Notes: a model not told the origin generated them from the sequence alone. Shown: positions 39,072 through 49,610, counted from the stretch's first letter. The stretch is 64,000 bases of DNA from an uncultured Gemmatimonadales bacterium (GCA_963809895.1 CAWELD010000010.1:288001-352000), one strand, 5' to 3'. Program-made: numbers and translations.

Positions 39072-39243
39072 GTCCAGCCGGGGCGCTGAGGGGCTCCTCG
39101 ATCGAGTAGACCTGTGTTGGGAAATCCCCCGCGGTGCTGAACCACGGTTGCTGGCGCGCTGCCTCCACAGCGGCTGCCCTTCGGAAGGTCAGTTACGTCG
39201 CCGCTTCTTCCCGCAGTCGGCACCCCCAGGCACGTGCTGCCAG

Positions 39244-40443
39244 CTACCGAGCATATGTCCGCAGCTCGACCTCGGGATACTCCCAGGTGCTGGGCGATTC
39301 TTCCTGTTGAATCGACTTTGGCCAGAGCAGGTCGAGCGGCTGCCCCAGGAGTCGGTTCGCGAAGAACTCCTGGGCGTAGTCGTCCGTGATCTGGTTCACG
39401 CGCTCGGCCAGAACCTCCCGGCGATGCCGTTCCAACCAGTCCCGTGGTGCGTACCTACGGTAGATGTACAGCATGTCGCCGACCGAGGCGTGCCACGCGC
39501 CGTGGATCACCATTTCGTGGACCGTCGTGCCAGGTCGACCAGGACGGTATTGTGTGCCGAGCAACTCGGCTCGGTTGGCGCCCCCGATGATGTAGAGCAG
39601 GTCGCCCCCCGTGACCTTCAACGGCCGGTCCGCATCTCGGTAGACCTGCCCTTCCCAACTGACGGCGGCGGTCACCCTGGGGTCGCGCTGAAGCGTCCAT
39701 GCTGCTGCTGCGCCGCCGAGCGAATGGCCCATGTATCCAACTCCTCGCGTGAGATCCAGACGGCCGCTGAAGAGGTCCCCGGGTGCCCGCCCGCGACGTT
39801 CCAGTTCGTCCAGGACCTTCCCGGCGTCCAGGACCATGTCATTCACGACGCCCATCAGCACGTCCCCGCGCTGTTCTTCCGTCTCCCAACGTGGTCCAGA
39901 GAAGGGAAGCGCCCGCCCATCCGGCAGGACCGTGAGCGCTTCCTCGTATGGGGGGCTGATCGCGGCCACGATCCAGCCCATGCTCGCCAGGAATTCGAGG
40001 TTGGTTTGGTAGTTCTCGACCGGGAAGGACCGTCCGGGCGAGAAGAGCAGCACTGGCCATCGTGCCTTGTCCCCTGACATCGGAGCGCCGACGTACGTGT
40101 GAGTTCGAATCCGGCTCTCGAACCCATCGGCTGCGGGCATGTTGTCCCGCCAGGCGTCCGCGGTGCGAGAGTCCATGTACGGCTTGGTCGGGCCGTTCGT
40201 CATTTCGGCTGGATACCAGACTCGTACCAGGATCGGTCGGAAATCGCCTTTCGCAGGTGAGATCGTATCAGGTCGTGTGGAATCGGTGACGAGGAACGAG
40301 CGCATGCCCGGCGCGTATGGCCCCCAGGGTGCCGGCAACTCGATATCGACGGGATTGGACTCCTGGCCGACGGCCGTGGACACTCCTGCGAAGACCGCAA
40401 CAGCGACGTGAAGGATGCACGCGAGGCAGCGCTTGAACTGCAT
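39244..40443 (-). CDS. Secreted alpha/beta hydrolase (PAF-acetylhydrolase-like)
   Basis: Signal peptide, LPAPWGPY, VRVWYPA, PVLLFSPG, LASMG, GHSLGG nucleophile elbow. Confidence 0.85.
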   Translation of the reverse strand: MQFKRCLACILHVAVAVFAGVSTAVGQESNPVDIELPAPWGPYAPGMRSFLVTDSTRPDTISPAKGDFRPILVRVWYPAEMTNGPTKPYMDSRTADAWRDNMPAADGFESRIRTHTYVGAPMSGDKARWPVLLFSPGRSFPVENYQTNLEFLASMGWIVAAISPPYEEALTVLPDGRALPFSGPRWETEEQRGDVLMGVVNDMVLDAGKVLDELERRGRAPGDLFSGRLDLTRGVGYMGHSLGGAAAAWTLQRDPRVTAAVSWEGQVYRDADRPLKVTGGDLLYIIGGANRAELLGTQYRPGRPGTTVHEMVIHGAWHASVGDMLYIYRRYAPRDWLERHRREVLAERVNQITDDYAQEFFANRLLGQPLDLLWPKSIQQEESPSTWEYPEVELRTYAR

Positions 40444-40629
40444 GGGGCCTCACCTCTTGGTTGGTAGGTCTGCCGCGGCCGAGGGTCGGTCGCATTCGGG
40501 CTTGAGTGGCCGGCAACACACGGGAGGTTTAGTGTGGGCCTCGGGCCAACTGAGTTCCCATCGATCAAAGTGGCCACGTAGTGAGTGACGCCCGCCATGC
40601 CCGGCGAAACTGTGGGTTGGTAGTGTCGA

Positions 40630-41172
40630 TCAACCCGCCGGTGTCAGCCTCTTGGTTGCGAACAGCTCCCATTCCCCCGTCGCGGCCTGGGCCCGCAGGA
40701 CCATGTCCCATTCCCCTGCGTCCTCGTGCCAGGTGAACGTGTTCGTGAACGGTCCGGTCGGGTAGTCGAAGCGAAAGACGATGGTGTTGTCACGCCGTGT
40801 ACCAACCCCCATGGTCCGGGAAGACGGCACGCCGAACGTATCGAAGAGAAACATGATGTACTGCCCGGTATCCGCATCGTATCCGAGCATGTAGATCGCC
40901 TCGTACGGCTGGGCGGATCCGGTCTTGGGCCCTGTGTCGGTGAAGTGGATCTGAACGAACTGGCCCTGCAAGACGTTGGTCGCCACCACCCGTTGGCGGA
41001 GAGGCGTCGCACCCATGGTGCCGCTGAGGGTCCATGAGCCGAGGAGGTGGTCCAGAAGATCGTCAGCCGAAGACGGGAGAGGATTTGGCGACGGTAGCCA
41101 GGCCACGGCCAGGGGGATGCAGCTGAGGGTCAGGATGCCGCTTCGTGGGCGACGCATGAAAGTCCTCCACAT
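40630..41172 (-). CDS. DUF1579-like secreted protein
   Basis: LDHLLGSW, YEAIYMLGYD...Y....FDTFG, FTNTFTW. Start may be 41158. Confidence 0.7.
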   Translation of the reverse strand: MWRTFMRRPRSGILTLSCIPLAVAWLPSPNPLPSSADDLLDHLLGSWTLSGTMGATPLRQRVVATNVLQGQFVQIHFTDTGPKTGSAQPYEAIYMLGYDADTGQYIMFLFDTFGVPSSRTMGVGTRRDNTIVFRFDYPTGPFTNTFTWHEDAGEWDMVLRAQAATGEWELFATKRLTPAG

Positions 41173-41175
41173 GAG

Positions 41176-41611
41176 CTATTCTCGACGGGTCCGAGCGGGG
41201 CCTGGTGAGGAGACTTGACCACCCTCGTTCGTCCGGGGAAGGGCTCCGCGTTTCTCGGCTAACACCAGGACGTCTTCAAGTCGGGCACTCTCGGCGCGGA
41301 GCAGGTCCCACCCGGCTGGTGTGAGACCATAGTACTTCCGCCTCCTTCCGGGGTGAGGCCTGGCAGGAACCCGCTGGGGCGCAGCTCCTGACTACCAGAT
41401 CGGCCTTTCGCAGCCGAGTGAGGGCCCGATAGAGGACTCCGATTTCCGGAGACACGCGACCCCGAGACTCGAGGATGACCGCCTTTCTGATGGCATAGCC
41501 GTACAGATTTCCTTCAGCGAGAACGAGCAGGATGTGGTACTCCAATGGCGTCAACGAGACCGCCCTATTCCCGTTCCTGCGGCGCGTTCTGATTCCCGGC
41601 AACCCGGCCAT
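41176..41611 (-). pseudogene. PadR family regulator, one frameshift near 41360-41375
   Basis: LTPLEYHILLVLA...YGYAI...G.LYRAL.RL in one frame. HPGRRRKYYGLTPAG..LLRAESARL continues in another frame to TAG 41176. Start uncertain. Confidence 0.8.
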
Positions 41612-41946
41612 CCTCGGGCCCGTCCGAGCCCGGCGTGCGTCGAGCCACCCGGCGAAGTCATCACTGTCCGTGCGTTGGTCACGTTCCACTTGTTGCCGCT
41701 GACGGGCTCGGGGTTTAGTCGGGGGGACCGGACGTGCTCGGCAGATGTCCCAGACCTCCGAGGTGTAGCCGCTCCTCTCGATTCGAGGTGCACTAAACCT
41801 CGATCCCTTCGGGGGCCACCAACACGAAACCGATGATTAGATTTCCACCTGCTCGGACGAGGTCATGACCTGGAGCGGGACTGTCACCAAGTGGTGCTGG
41901 GCCGAACCGGCCGAGGGCACCCTCATCGAAGTCCAATCGAGGATCC

Positions 41947-43107
41947 ATGTCCACTGGTCGTGAAGGATCGGTCACCGTGGACCCTGATTTTCTGGTGCAC
42001 ACGGTCTCGGACCTGGTGCGCATTCCGTCGGTGAACCCGGCGTTCGCTGCCGACAGCGCAGGGGAGTCGGCAGTGGCCGACTACGTGGAGAATCTGTTCC
42101 GGGACCTCGGACTTGAGACGGTGAGGCTCGAGGCGACGGCTGGAAGGCCCAGCGTGGTGGGGACTCTGCGAGGCGGAGGGGGACGGTCGCTCATGTTGAA
42201 TGCCCACTACGACACGGTGGGTGTGGAGGGCATGGAGCGGCCTTTCTCCGGCGAGGTTGAAGACGGCCGGGTCTGGGGCCGTGGCTCGTACGACATGAAA
42301 GGTGCGCTGGCGGCATGTATTTCCGTGATGCGCGCACTCGTGGAGCGGGCCGTCTCCCTCCCCGGGGATGTGCACGTCGCCGCAGTAGCGGACGAGGAGA
42401 CGGAGAGTCTCGGAACGCGTGAGGTGCTGGCGGCCTTCAGGCCCGATCAAGCAGTGGTGGTGGAGCCGACCGGGTTGGGTATCTGTCCGGCCCATAAGGG
42501 GTTCGTCTGGATTGACGTCACGACCCGGGGACGCGCGGCTCACGGTAGTCGACCGGACGAGGGGCGCGACGCAAACCTCGCCATGGTCCTCGCCCTCAGC
42601 GGATTCACCTCCTATGCAGACTCGTTGTGGGCCAGGACAGGCCATCCCCTCCTGGGTCCCCCCTCGGTGCACCTGGGGCGCTTGGAAGGGGGGGAGGGTG
42701 CGAGCACGTACGCGGCGGCGTGCCGTGCTACCGTAGAGCGGAGAACCCTACCGGGTGAGACCCCGGAGGAGGTGCTCGCCGAGTTGAGGACAGTGGTGGG
42801 GACCGCCGCAGACGTACGCGTCACACTGGCTCGAGATCCGTTCGAAGGGTCCTCCCACAGCCCTCTCGTACGAGCACTGCAGGTCGCAAGCGAGAGGGTG
42901 TCAGGAGAAGCCGCCCCACTGGTGGGCACCGGCCCCTGGACGGACGCTGCGTTATTCGCGCAGGCCGGGATCGACACGGTGGTGTTCGGACCGTCGGGGG
43001 GCGGTGCCCACGCCCCGACCGAGTGGGTGGAGATAGACTCCCTGGTAACGCTTGCCCGAGTCCTGGTGGACGTGTGCACGGGACCAATGGAGCCCCAAGC
43101 GACATGA
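41947..43107 (+). CDS. M20 family ArgE/DapE-like deacylase
   Basis: IPSVNP, LNAHYDTV, GRGSYDMKG, DEE, EPT, GRAAHGS, TDA, GAH...EWV. Confidence 0.92.
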   Translation: MSTGREGSVTVDPDFLVHTVSDLVRIPSVNPAFAADSAGESAVADYVENLFRDLGLETVRLEATAGRPSVVGTLRGGGGRSLMLNAHYDTVGVEGMERPFSGEVEDGRVWGRGSYDMKGALAACISVMRALVERAVSLPGDVHVAAVADEETESLGTREVLAAFRPDQAVVVEPTGLGICPAHKGFVWIDVTTRGRAAHGSRPDEGRDANLAMVLALSGFTSYADSLWARTGHPLLGPPSVHLGRLEGGEGASTYAAACRATVERRTLPGETPEEVLAELRTVVGTAADVRVTLARDPFEGSSHSPLVRALQVASERVSGEAAPLVGTGPWTDAALFAQAGIDTVVFGPSGGGAHAPTEWVEIDSLVTLARVLVDVCTGPMEPQAT

Positions 43108-43114
43108 CCCAGGC

Positions 43115-43636
43115 ATGACCGGCGAAGCTGAGCTGGTTCGATCGTTGCGCGCAGGGAGCCGAGAGGCCTTCCGTGAGTTCGTACAGGTTCATCAAGAACA
43201 TGTCTTCGCTCTCGCCCTACGGCTCACGGGAGATGAGCACGATGCCATGGATCTGACGCAGGAGACCTTCATCAAGGCGTGGTTGGCCGTGTCGCGTTTT
43301 CGGGGCGAGTCGCGTCTCAGCACGTGGGTGCACGGGATCGTGGTCCGCTTGGCGCGTCAGCAGTGGCGGACGCGGAAGCGGCGCGATGCGAGGGAACGAC
43401 GATGGGCGAGAGAGCGTTACCAGGATGCTCTCCGCGAGGCCATGCCGGAAGCATCCATCGACCTGGAATGTGCGATCGCGGAGTTGTCGCCGCGGATGCG
43501 GATGGCGTTGGTTCTTCATTGCATCGAGGGACTCCCGCAGAAAGAAGTCGCCCGCCTCATGGGTGTCGCGGAGGGCACCGTCAAGGCGCACATCCACAGC
43601 GCCCGCCGGGCGCTTCAGGAGAAGCTTGGACCATGA
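43115..43636 (+). CDS. ECF RNA polymerase sigma factor
   Basis: AF...V..H...VF.LA.RL, DAMDLTQETFIKAW, region 4 LS.R.R....L...EG...KEVA..MG...GTVK. Confidence 0.93.
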   Translation: MTGEAELVRSLRAGSREAFREFVQVHQEHVFALALRLTGDEHDAMDLTQETFIKAWLAVSRFRGESRLSTWVHGIVVRLARQQWRTRKRRDARERRWARERYQDALREAMPEASIDLECAIAELSPRMRMALVLHCIEGLPQKEVARLMGVAEGTVKAHIHSARRALQEKLGP

Positions 43637-44151
43637 ACATTGACGAGATCGATGCGGCTCTCGGAGCCGCGCCACGACGGGCACGACTTCCTGAAGACCC
43701 CTGGCCCCCAATCGAGGCAAGAATGATCGAGCGGGTCCGACTCCGACGGACCGGCCTCCTTTCGGCGGCGGCCGTGGTGCTGTTTCTGGCTGGAGCGGCG
43801 GTGGGCTATGGCGCGGCGCGGCAGCGCGCACCTCTTGCGCCGGCCGCTGAGTTTCGTCCGGCGTCGTCGGCGTTTCTCGCCGCCACGCAAGTCCAGGCGG
43901 CAGGCTCGGCATACCTGGCTGCAGTGGGTGCCCTCCAGCGTGCTGAACTGGATACCTCGCTCCGGGATCAGGCGGCTCTCAGCCAGGGCTATGAGAACGC
44001 GCTCGCGGTCCTGCAAACCCTGGCCGAGACCGTCGAAGGTTCGCCCCTCGGTGGTAGCGCGGCGGAATCGTTGGTGTCAGAAGCGACGCGGCTCCGGCGC
44101 GCGGCAGGTGTTCAGGTCGTGCCATTCCCCGGCGGGGGAGGTGTACCATGA
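43633..44151 (+). CDS. Putative anti-sigma factor (single TM)
   Basis: ATGA-coupled to the sigma gene; PEDPWPPIEAR, basic stretch, AAAVVLFLAGAAVG TM, helical C-terminus. Confidence 0.65.
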   Translation: MNIDEIDAALGAAPRRARLPEDPWPPIEARMIERVRLRRTGLLSAAAVVLFLAGAAVGYGAARQRAPLAPAAEFRPASSAFLAATQVQAAGSAYLAAVGALQRAELDTSLRDQAALSQGYENALAVLQTLAETVEGSPLGGSAAESLVSEATRLRRAAGVQVVPFPGGGGVP

Positions 44152-44639
44152 GGGCCCGCCGCAGACGTTGGGCTCCGGCCGTCGCGTTGTTCTTCGCTCT
44201 GGGGCCCGCCACTGCGGCGGCGCAGAGCGGTGAGACCTGTCCTGGAGGACGAGCGCCGGCAGGCGACCTGGGTGTGCGTGGATTGCGATGCATCGGTCCC
44301 AGTGCCGCGTGCACCATCTACCAGCGAGGGGACGGGGGAGCTCTGGAGCACGTGTTCGCCGTGGAGCCGATCGTCGATGCCATCGCATCCCCGTCCAACG
44401 ATCGAGCCGGCCTCCAGGTAGGGGACATTCTCGTTGCCCTGGATGGACGCCTCATTACGACCCTGGAAGGGGGCAGGTACCTGGCCAATCTACCTTCCGA
44501 CAGTCTGGTGAAGGTCGTAGTGCGGCGACACGGACGACTGGTGGAGTTGTCCATCCGTACGGTGGAGGGTTGTGGCGTACGCTCCCTCTCGGTGACATCG
44601 TCCCCGCGGGATCGAAGTCGGAGTTCAACCAATCGATGA
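44148..44639 (+). CDS. Secreted PDZ-domain protein
   Basis: Signal peptide ending AAA-Q; AGLQVGDILVALDG, VVVRRHG. ATGA overlaps on both sides. Confidence 0.75.
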   Translation: MRARRRRWAPAVALFFALGPATAAAQSGETCPGGRAPAGDLGVRGLRCIGPSAACTIYQRGDGGALEHVFAVEPIVDAIASPSNDRAGLQVGDILVALDGRLITTLEGGRYLANLPSDSLVKVVVRRHGRLVELSIRTVEGCGVRSLSVTSSPRDRSRSSTNR

Positions 44640-45719
44640 AGGGGCACTTCGTCTTCTGGAAAAGAGTAGATGCGAGACGGGAAGGAGCCGTCGAGGCGGA
44701 CGACTCCGAGGCGCGCAGGGCCCACGCGTTCTTGCGTTCACTCCAGGGCTATGAGGTGACCCCTCTTCTGCGGCACTCCGGATTGGCCGCCGCGCTTGAC
44801 GTAGCCGAGGTGCTGTGGAAGGACGAGGGGCGTCGCTGGCGGGTCGGCAGCTTCAAGGCATTGGGAGCTGCGTATGCCACTTCGCGGCTGGTACGCGATG
44901 GGTCGAGCGCCTCCCGAACCGTCTGTTGTGCGACGGATGGAAATCACGGTCGCGCCGTGGCGTGGGCGGCGAGACGCCTCGGGTACCACGCGATGGTGTA
45001 CTTGCCGGAGCATGCGACCGCCGCCCGTGAACGCCGCATCCGAGCATTCGGTGCGACCGTGGTCCGTGTGCCCGGGACCTACGACGATGCGGTCAGCGAG
45101 GCATCAAGAGCGGCGGCCGAGCACGACTGGGTGCTCGTGTCCGATACGGCCGGCGATGCAACGGACTCGCGCGGCAGCCTGGTGATCGCCGCGTACACAC
45201 TCATCGTTCAGGAAATCGCGGATACGCTCCAGCGATTCCCCCAACCCACCCACGTCTTCGTACAGGCTGGGGTGGGTGGGCTCGCCGCGGCAATGACGTG
45301 GTGGTGTCGCCAGGTGTGGCCCGATGTTCCTCCGACGATTGTCGTCGTGGAGCCCCTCCAGGCAGCCTGCGTCGGCGTCAGCCTCGCGAAGGGGAGACCC
45401 ATGCCGGTTGAAGGACCCTTGCAAACGGTGGCCGATTGTCTATCGGCCGGAAAGGTCTCAGAGCGTGGCATGGCCGATCCTCCGAAGCGGGGTGGACGCG
45501 GTGGTAGCCGTCGCCGACGATGAGATTCTTCGTACTGTCCAGCTCGCTTCGGCGGGGGCATTTGGGTTTCCGCTGATCGAGGCAGGCCCCTCCGGTCTCA
45601 CGGGTTTGACGGGTGCGCTGGTCGTGTGCGAATCCGAGGACCTGCGCGGAGAATGTGGTATCACCTCGACGAGTCGTATCCTCCTGGTCGGTACGGAGGA
45701 GCCGATTGAGGACGCGTGA
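44636..45719 (+). pseudogene. Diaminopropionate ammonia-lyase-like PLP enzyme, one frameshift near 45460
   Basis: Y..TPL, KDE..R...SFKALG, ATDGNHGRAVAWAA, YDDAV, VSDT, QAGVGGLA. The C-terminus AWPIL...GPSG...TE is in another frame. Confidence 0.82.
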
Positions 45720-45726
45720 AGGACGC

Positions 45727-46998
45727 CTATGCCCCCTGCACGCGGAGCTCCTTCGCGCGGTCCAGGAGAAGTGTTCGCTCCTGCGCGTTCCTGGTCAGTG
45801 ACGCGGCGCGTTCCAGCTCGGTCCGAGCCTCGCCATGACGGCCGAGCCTGGACAGAAACTCGGCGCGGGCGCTCGGGAGCCAGGGATAGCGTTCGAGCGC
45901 CGGCTCCCGGGCGAGCTTCTCGACCAGCTCGAGACCCGCCTCGGGGCCGTACGCCATCCCGACAGCCACCGCCCGGTTCAACTCCACGACCGGTGAGGGT
46001 GATACCTGCACGAGCGCATCGTAGAGCGCGGCGATCCGCTCCCAGTCCGTGTCCTCGGAATTGCGCGCGGTGGCGTGGCACGCCGCGATGGCCCCCTGAA
46101 GCCAATAGGGACCCAGCGGCCGCCCCAGTGCCGCCGCGCGATCCAGGGCGGCGAGCCCCCGGCGGATGAGGAGGTGGTCCCAGCGAGACCGGTCCTGGTC
46201 CATGAGCAGGATCGGCTCGCCTCGCGACCCGCGACGCGCGCGGAGCCGTGATGCCTGGATCTCCATGACCGCAACCAATCCGTGCACCTCGGGCTCCCGT
46301 GGTGCCAGCTCCGCCAGGACGCGCCCCAGGCGGAGCGCTTCCTCGCAGAGCTCCGGACGCAGCCATGCATCGCCCTCCGTGGCGGCGTAGCCCTCGTTGA
46401 ATACGAGGTAGATGACCGCGAGCACCGCCTCGATGCGCTCTCCCACCTCTTCGGGAGGTGGCATCTCGAAAGGCACGTGCGCCTCGCGGAGTGTGCGCTT
46501 GGCGCGCACGATACGCTGCTGGACCGTGGAGACCGACACCAGGAAGGCACGGGCGATCTCCGCGCTCGTGAGTCCGCCGAGCACGCGTAGCGTGAGAGCC
46601 ACCTGCGCTTCCTGGGTCAGCACGGGGTGGCATGTGGTGAAGATCAGGCGGAGCAGGTCATCGCCGATGAAGTCATCGATCGCCGCGTGCAACTCGCCCT
46701 CGGGATCGCGTTCCTCCGTCCCGAGGCGACGCACCAGATCGTCGTGGCGGCGGTCGAGCATCTCGGTGCGGCGGAAGTGGTCCAGGGCGCGGTGCTTCGC
46801 GGTGGCCATCAGCCAGGCGCCCGGGTTCTCCGGGACGCCGGCCTCCGGCCACTTCTCGAGCGCGACGACCAGCGCGTCCTGGGCCAGATCCTCGGCCATG
46901 CCGAGATCGCCCATCATGCGCGTGAGGGCGGCGATGAGCCGGGGCGATTCGATCCGCCAGACCGCGTCGATCGCCTCGCGTGCGGCGGCTCCGCTCAT
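45727..46998 (-). CDS. ECF42-type sigma factor with C-terminal TPR/DUF6596 extension
   Basis: AEDLAQDA, WLMATA, DDLLRLIFTTCHPVL, YLVFNEGY, QDRSRWD, PYWLQGAIAACH, PVVELNRAVA; coupled to a YciI gene. Confidence 0.93.
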   Translation of the reverse strand: MSGAAAREAIDAVWRIESPRLIAALTRMMGDLGMAEDLAQDALVVALEKWPEAGVPENPGAWLMATAKHRALDHFRRTEMLDRRHDDLVRRLGTEERDPEGELHAAIDDFIGDDLLRLIFTTCHPVLTQEAQVALTLRVLGGLTSAEIARAFLVSVSTVQQRIVRAKRTLREAHVPFEMPPPEEVGERIEAVLAVIYLVFNEGYAATEGDAWLRPELCEEALRLGRVLAELAPREPEVHGLVAVMEIQASRLRARRGSRGEPILLMDQDRSRWDHLLIRRGLAALDRAAALGRPLGPYWLQGAIAACHATARNSEDTDWERIAALYDALVQVSPSPVVELNRAVAVGMAYGPEAGLELVEKLAREPALERYPWLPSARAEFLSRLGRHGEARTELERAASLTRNAQERTLLLDRAKELRVQGA

Positions 46999-47426
46999 CC
47001 ACCCTTTCTCGCGTTTTCGGCCTCCCGAGCCCGCAGGCGCTCCTCCTGTTCCCTCAGCTCGGGAGTGAATTCGTCACCGAAGTCTTCAGATTCGAAGACC
47101 CTCCGCATCTCCACCTCGGTGCCTCCGTCGAATGGAGCGCGCTTCAGCCATTCCACGGCCTCATGCATCGAGCGGACCTGCCAGACCCAGAAGCCAGCGA
47201 TCAACTCCTTCGTTTCGGTGAAGGGGCCGTCGATGACGGTCCTCTTCTTGCCCTCGAAGCGGATGCGCTTGCCCTCCGAGCTCGGCGCGAGTCCGTCTCC
47301 GGCCAGCATCACGCCCGCATTGACCAGTTCCTCGTTGTACTGGCCCATTGCCGTGAGGAGCTCCGTGCTCGGCATGATCCCGGCTTCGGACTCCTCGCTT
47401 GCCTTCACGATCACCATGACACGCAT
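46995..47426 (-). CDS. YciI/DGPF family protein
   Basis: GL.PSS.G.R, IDGPFTETKELIAGFW. Confidence 0.93.
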   Translation of the reverse strand: MRVMVIVKASEESEAGIMPSTELLTAMGQYNEELVNAGVMLAGDGLAPSSEGKRIRFEGKKRTVIDGPFTETKELIAGFWVWQVRSMHEAVEWLKRAPFDGGTEVEMRRVFESEDFGDEFTPELREQEERLRAREAENARKGG

Positions 47427-47487
47427 TGTCACCTCTCCTTACGTGGGGTCCCGCTAGCGCCGGCGAGTTCCGGACGCCCTCTACCCT

Positions 47488-47517
47488 TGCGTCGAGCGAA
47501 GGATCACGAGATCGACA
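47488..47517 (-). promoter_or_regulatory. ECF42-type promoter (copy 1), upstream of yciI-sigma
   Basis: TGTCGA-N16-TCGACGCA on the minus strand. Confidence 0.8.
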
Positions 47518-48019
47518 TCGCCCGGATACGCCCGTAGTGCCGTCCGGCGACGATGGTGAGCGGGAGGCCGATGGCGACCCACAAGATGACCGTTGCGACT
47601 GCAAAGGACTGAAGGTCGAACGGACCCTGCCGCACATGGCTCAACGGGAACACGACGAACCTCATCACCACCGACACGAAGGTGCCGAAGACAACGGCGT
47701 TGAGGACGTGGCTCCGTCGAGCGAAGGCGATCCGCGGGTAGATCAGGAAGAAGCAGAGCGTCCAGATCAGCGCGATGACGTAGTGGCACAGAAGACCCAC
47801 TCCAGCCCAGAAAAGTCCCCCTTGCGTGGCGGTGTCGCCGACCAGCCCGCTGGCAATTCCGCGGAGAATGGCGAGCGGCTCGGCCCCGGCGGTGAGTGGG
47901 TAGTAGGTGAGCGCGATGCCGATGTCGAGGGTGCCGGCGACCGCCCAAGCCACCACGATTGCCCGGATCAACCCGGGGCGGCTCGCGGGCATTCCGCGCA
48001 TCTCTGCCGATGGGACCAT
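47504..48019 (-). CDS. Four-TM hypothetical membrane protein
   Basis: RBS AAGGAG; AGTLDI, IASGLVG, GLLCHYVIA, VMRFVVFPLS. Confidence 0.75.
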   Translation of the reverse strand: MVPSAEMRGMPASRPGLIRAIVVAWAVAGTLDIGIALTYYPLTAGAEPLAILRGIASGLVGDTATQGGLFWAGVGLLCHYVIALIWTLCFFLIYPRIAFARRSHVLNAVVFGTFVSVVMRFVVFPLSHVRQGPFDLQSFAVATVILWVAIGLPLTIVAGRHYGRIRAMSIS

Positions 48020-48163
48020 TGTGGGCTCCTTCCGCTTCTTCTCTCTCGCGATCCAGCCTTCTGCGGTCGCGTGACGGATCCCGACAGTGTCGTGGTCCGA
48101 TCCCACCGTGAGCCAGGTCCAATCCGGGCAGATCGAAATGGAGCCACTGCTCCGACGTCGCCG

Positions 48164-49588
48164 CTACGACTCGAGGATGCACGCCAACACGCGGTCCAGG
48201 CCCTCTCCGATTCGATCCGTCTCGATGCCACCGTAACCGAACGTCAACCCACGGTGAGCCGTCGTCCCCGAGGAAAACGCGGACACGGCCTGGAGGGCAA
48301 CGCCACGAGACAGCGCGCGCCGGACGACGGCGATGTCGTCCACGTTGGCTCCGGCGGGGAAGGTGGCGGAGAGGTGGAGGCCTCCGACCGTGGGAATCGG
48401 TTCCAGGTGCGGGCCGAACGTGTGCGCGAGATGCTCGACGATGCGATCGTGCCGTTGCGCGTACAGGCGCCGCATTCGCCGGATGTGACGTGACAAGAGA
48501 CCGTCCTCGATGAACGCGGCGAGGGCCGCCTGTTCCGGCACCGCCGTATGCCAATCGAGAGCGGATTTGGCTCTTGCCACGGCGCCGTGCAGGGCGTGTG
48601 GAGCAATGAGGAAGCCCAGGCGGAGCGTCGGGAGCATGACCTTCGAAAACGTGCTGACGTAGAGGACCCGTCCGCTCGCGTCCAGGTTGTGGACCGGCTC
48701 CAGCGGACGCCCGCCGTACCGGAACTCACTGTCGTAATCGTCCTCGATGATGGCGGCGTCGTTGAGATCGGCCCAGTGGAGGAGCTCCTGCCGTCTCTCC
48801 ATGGACATGGTCGCGCCCAGAGGGAACTGGTGAGAAGGAGTGACAAGCACCAGCCGAGCGGCTGGCGGGATCGCGTCGACGACGATCCCCTCACGATCCA
48901 CGGGTACCGGCGCGACCTTACAGCCGTGAGCGGCGAAGATGCGCCGATGGGGTGGGTAGCCCGGGTCTTCCACCGCCACGGTCTCCCCGGCGGCGACCAT
49001 GACTCGAGTGGCGATGTCCACGGCCTGCTGGCTGCCACTGGTCACGAAGACGTCTTGCGGGGTGACACGCAAGCCGCGCGAGATGGCGACGTGTCGGGCG
49101 ATGGCCTGGCGCAGAGCGGGCACCCCGGCGGGCCCGATGTGGCTTGCCTTACCCACGCGCCGTGGCCGCAAATGCCGGGAGATGCGAGCCCGCCAGGCAG
49201 GAAACGGGAAGCGACGGCTGTCCGGGATGCCCATTCGGAAGTCGTACTCCGCCTCGACCGTCGACATGTCCACCGGTTCGGGCATGTCCGTCCAGATGGC
49301 GCGCGGCCTGAGGGCCGAGGGCGGTGGCGCTGCCGGGTCCACCGGTCTGATTCCCTCGCGCACGAACGTCCCCGCGCCGACCCGTGACGTGAGGAATCCC
49401 TCGGCGCAAAGGCGGTCGTAGGCGATGGCGACCGTGTTCCGCGAGACCTCCAGGCGACGAGAGAGCGTGCGGGTGGATGGCAGAGCGTCTCCTGGCCGGA
49501 GACGTCCTTCCATCACCCCATTTCTGATCTGCCGGTAGATCTGCTCCGTGAGGCCCTGGTGCGCGTTCAAGCTGATGTGGAGATCCAT
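48164..49588 (-). CDS. MocR/GabR family regulator (GntR HTH + PLP aminotransferase domain)
   Basis: LPSTR.LS..L.VSRNTV..AY..L.AEG, EDPGY, TPSHQFPLG, IIEDDYDSEFRY, TFSK. Confidence 0.95.
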   Translation of the reverse strand: MDLHISLNAHQGLTEQIYRQIRNGVMEGRLRPGDALPSTRTLSRRLEVSRNTVAIAYDRLCAEGFLTSRVGAGTFVREGIRPVDPAAPPPSALRPRAIWTDMPEPVDMSTVEAEYDFRMGIPDSRRFPFPAWRARISRHLRPRRVGKASHIGPAGVPALRQAIARHVAISRGLRVTPQDVFVTSGSQQAVDIATRVMVAAGETVAVEDPGYPPHRRIFAAHGCKVAPVPVDREGIVVDAIPPAARLVLVTPSHQFPLGATMSMERRQELLHWADLNDAAIIEDDYDSEFRYGGRPLEPVHNLDASGRVLYVSTFSKVMLPTLRLGFLIAPHALHGAVARAKSALDWHTAVPEQAALAAFIEDGLLSRHIRRMRRLYAQRHDRIVEHLAHTFGPHLEPIPTVGGLHLSATFPAGANVDDIAVVRRALSRGVALQAVSAFSSGTTAHRGLTFGYGGIETDRIGEGLDRVLACILES

Positions 49589-49610
49589 CGCATGTCTCTA
49601 CAGGCTCCGT

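Noticed and set aside
41255..41268. GTTAGCC integron attC-like core on the minus strand
   Set aside because: It lies inside the corrected PadR reading frame, with no inverse core or integron integrase.
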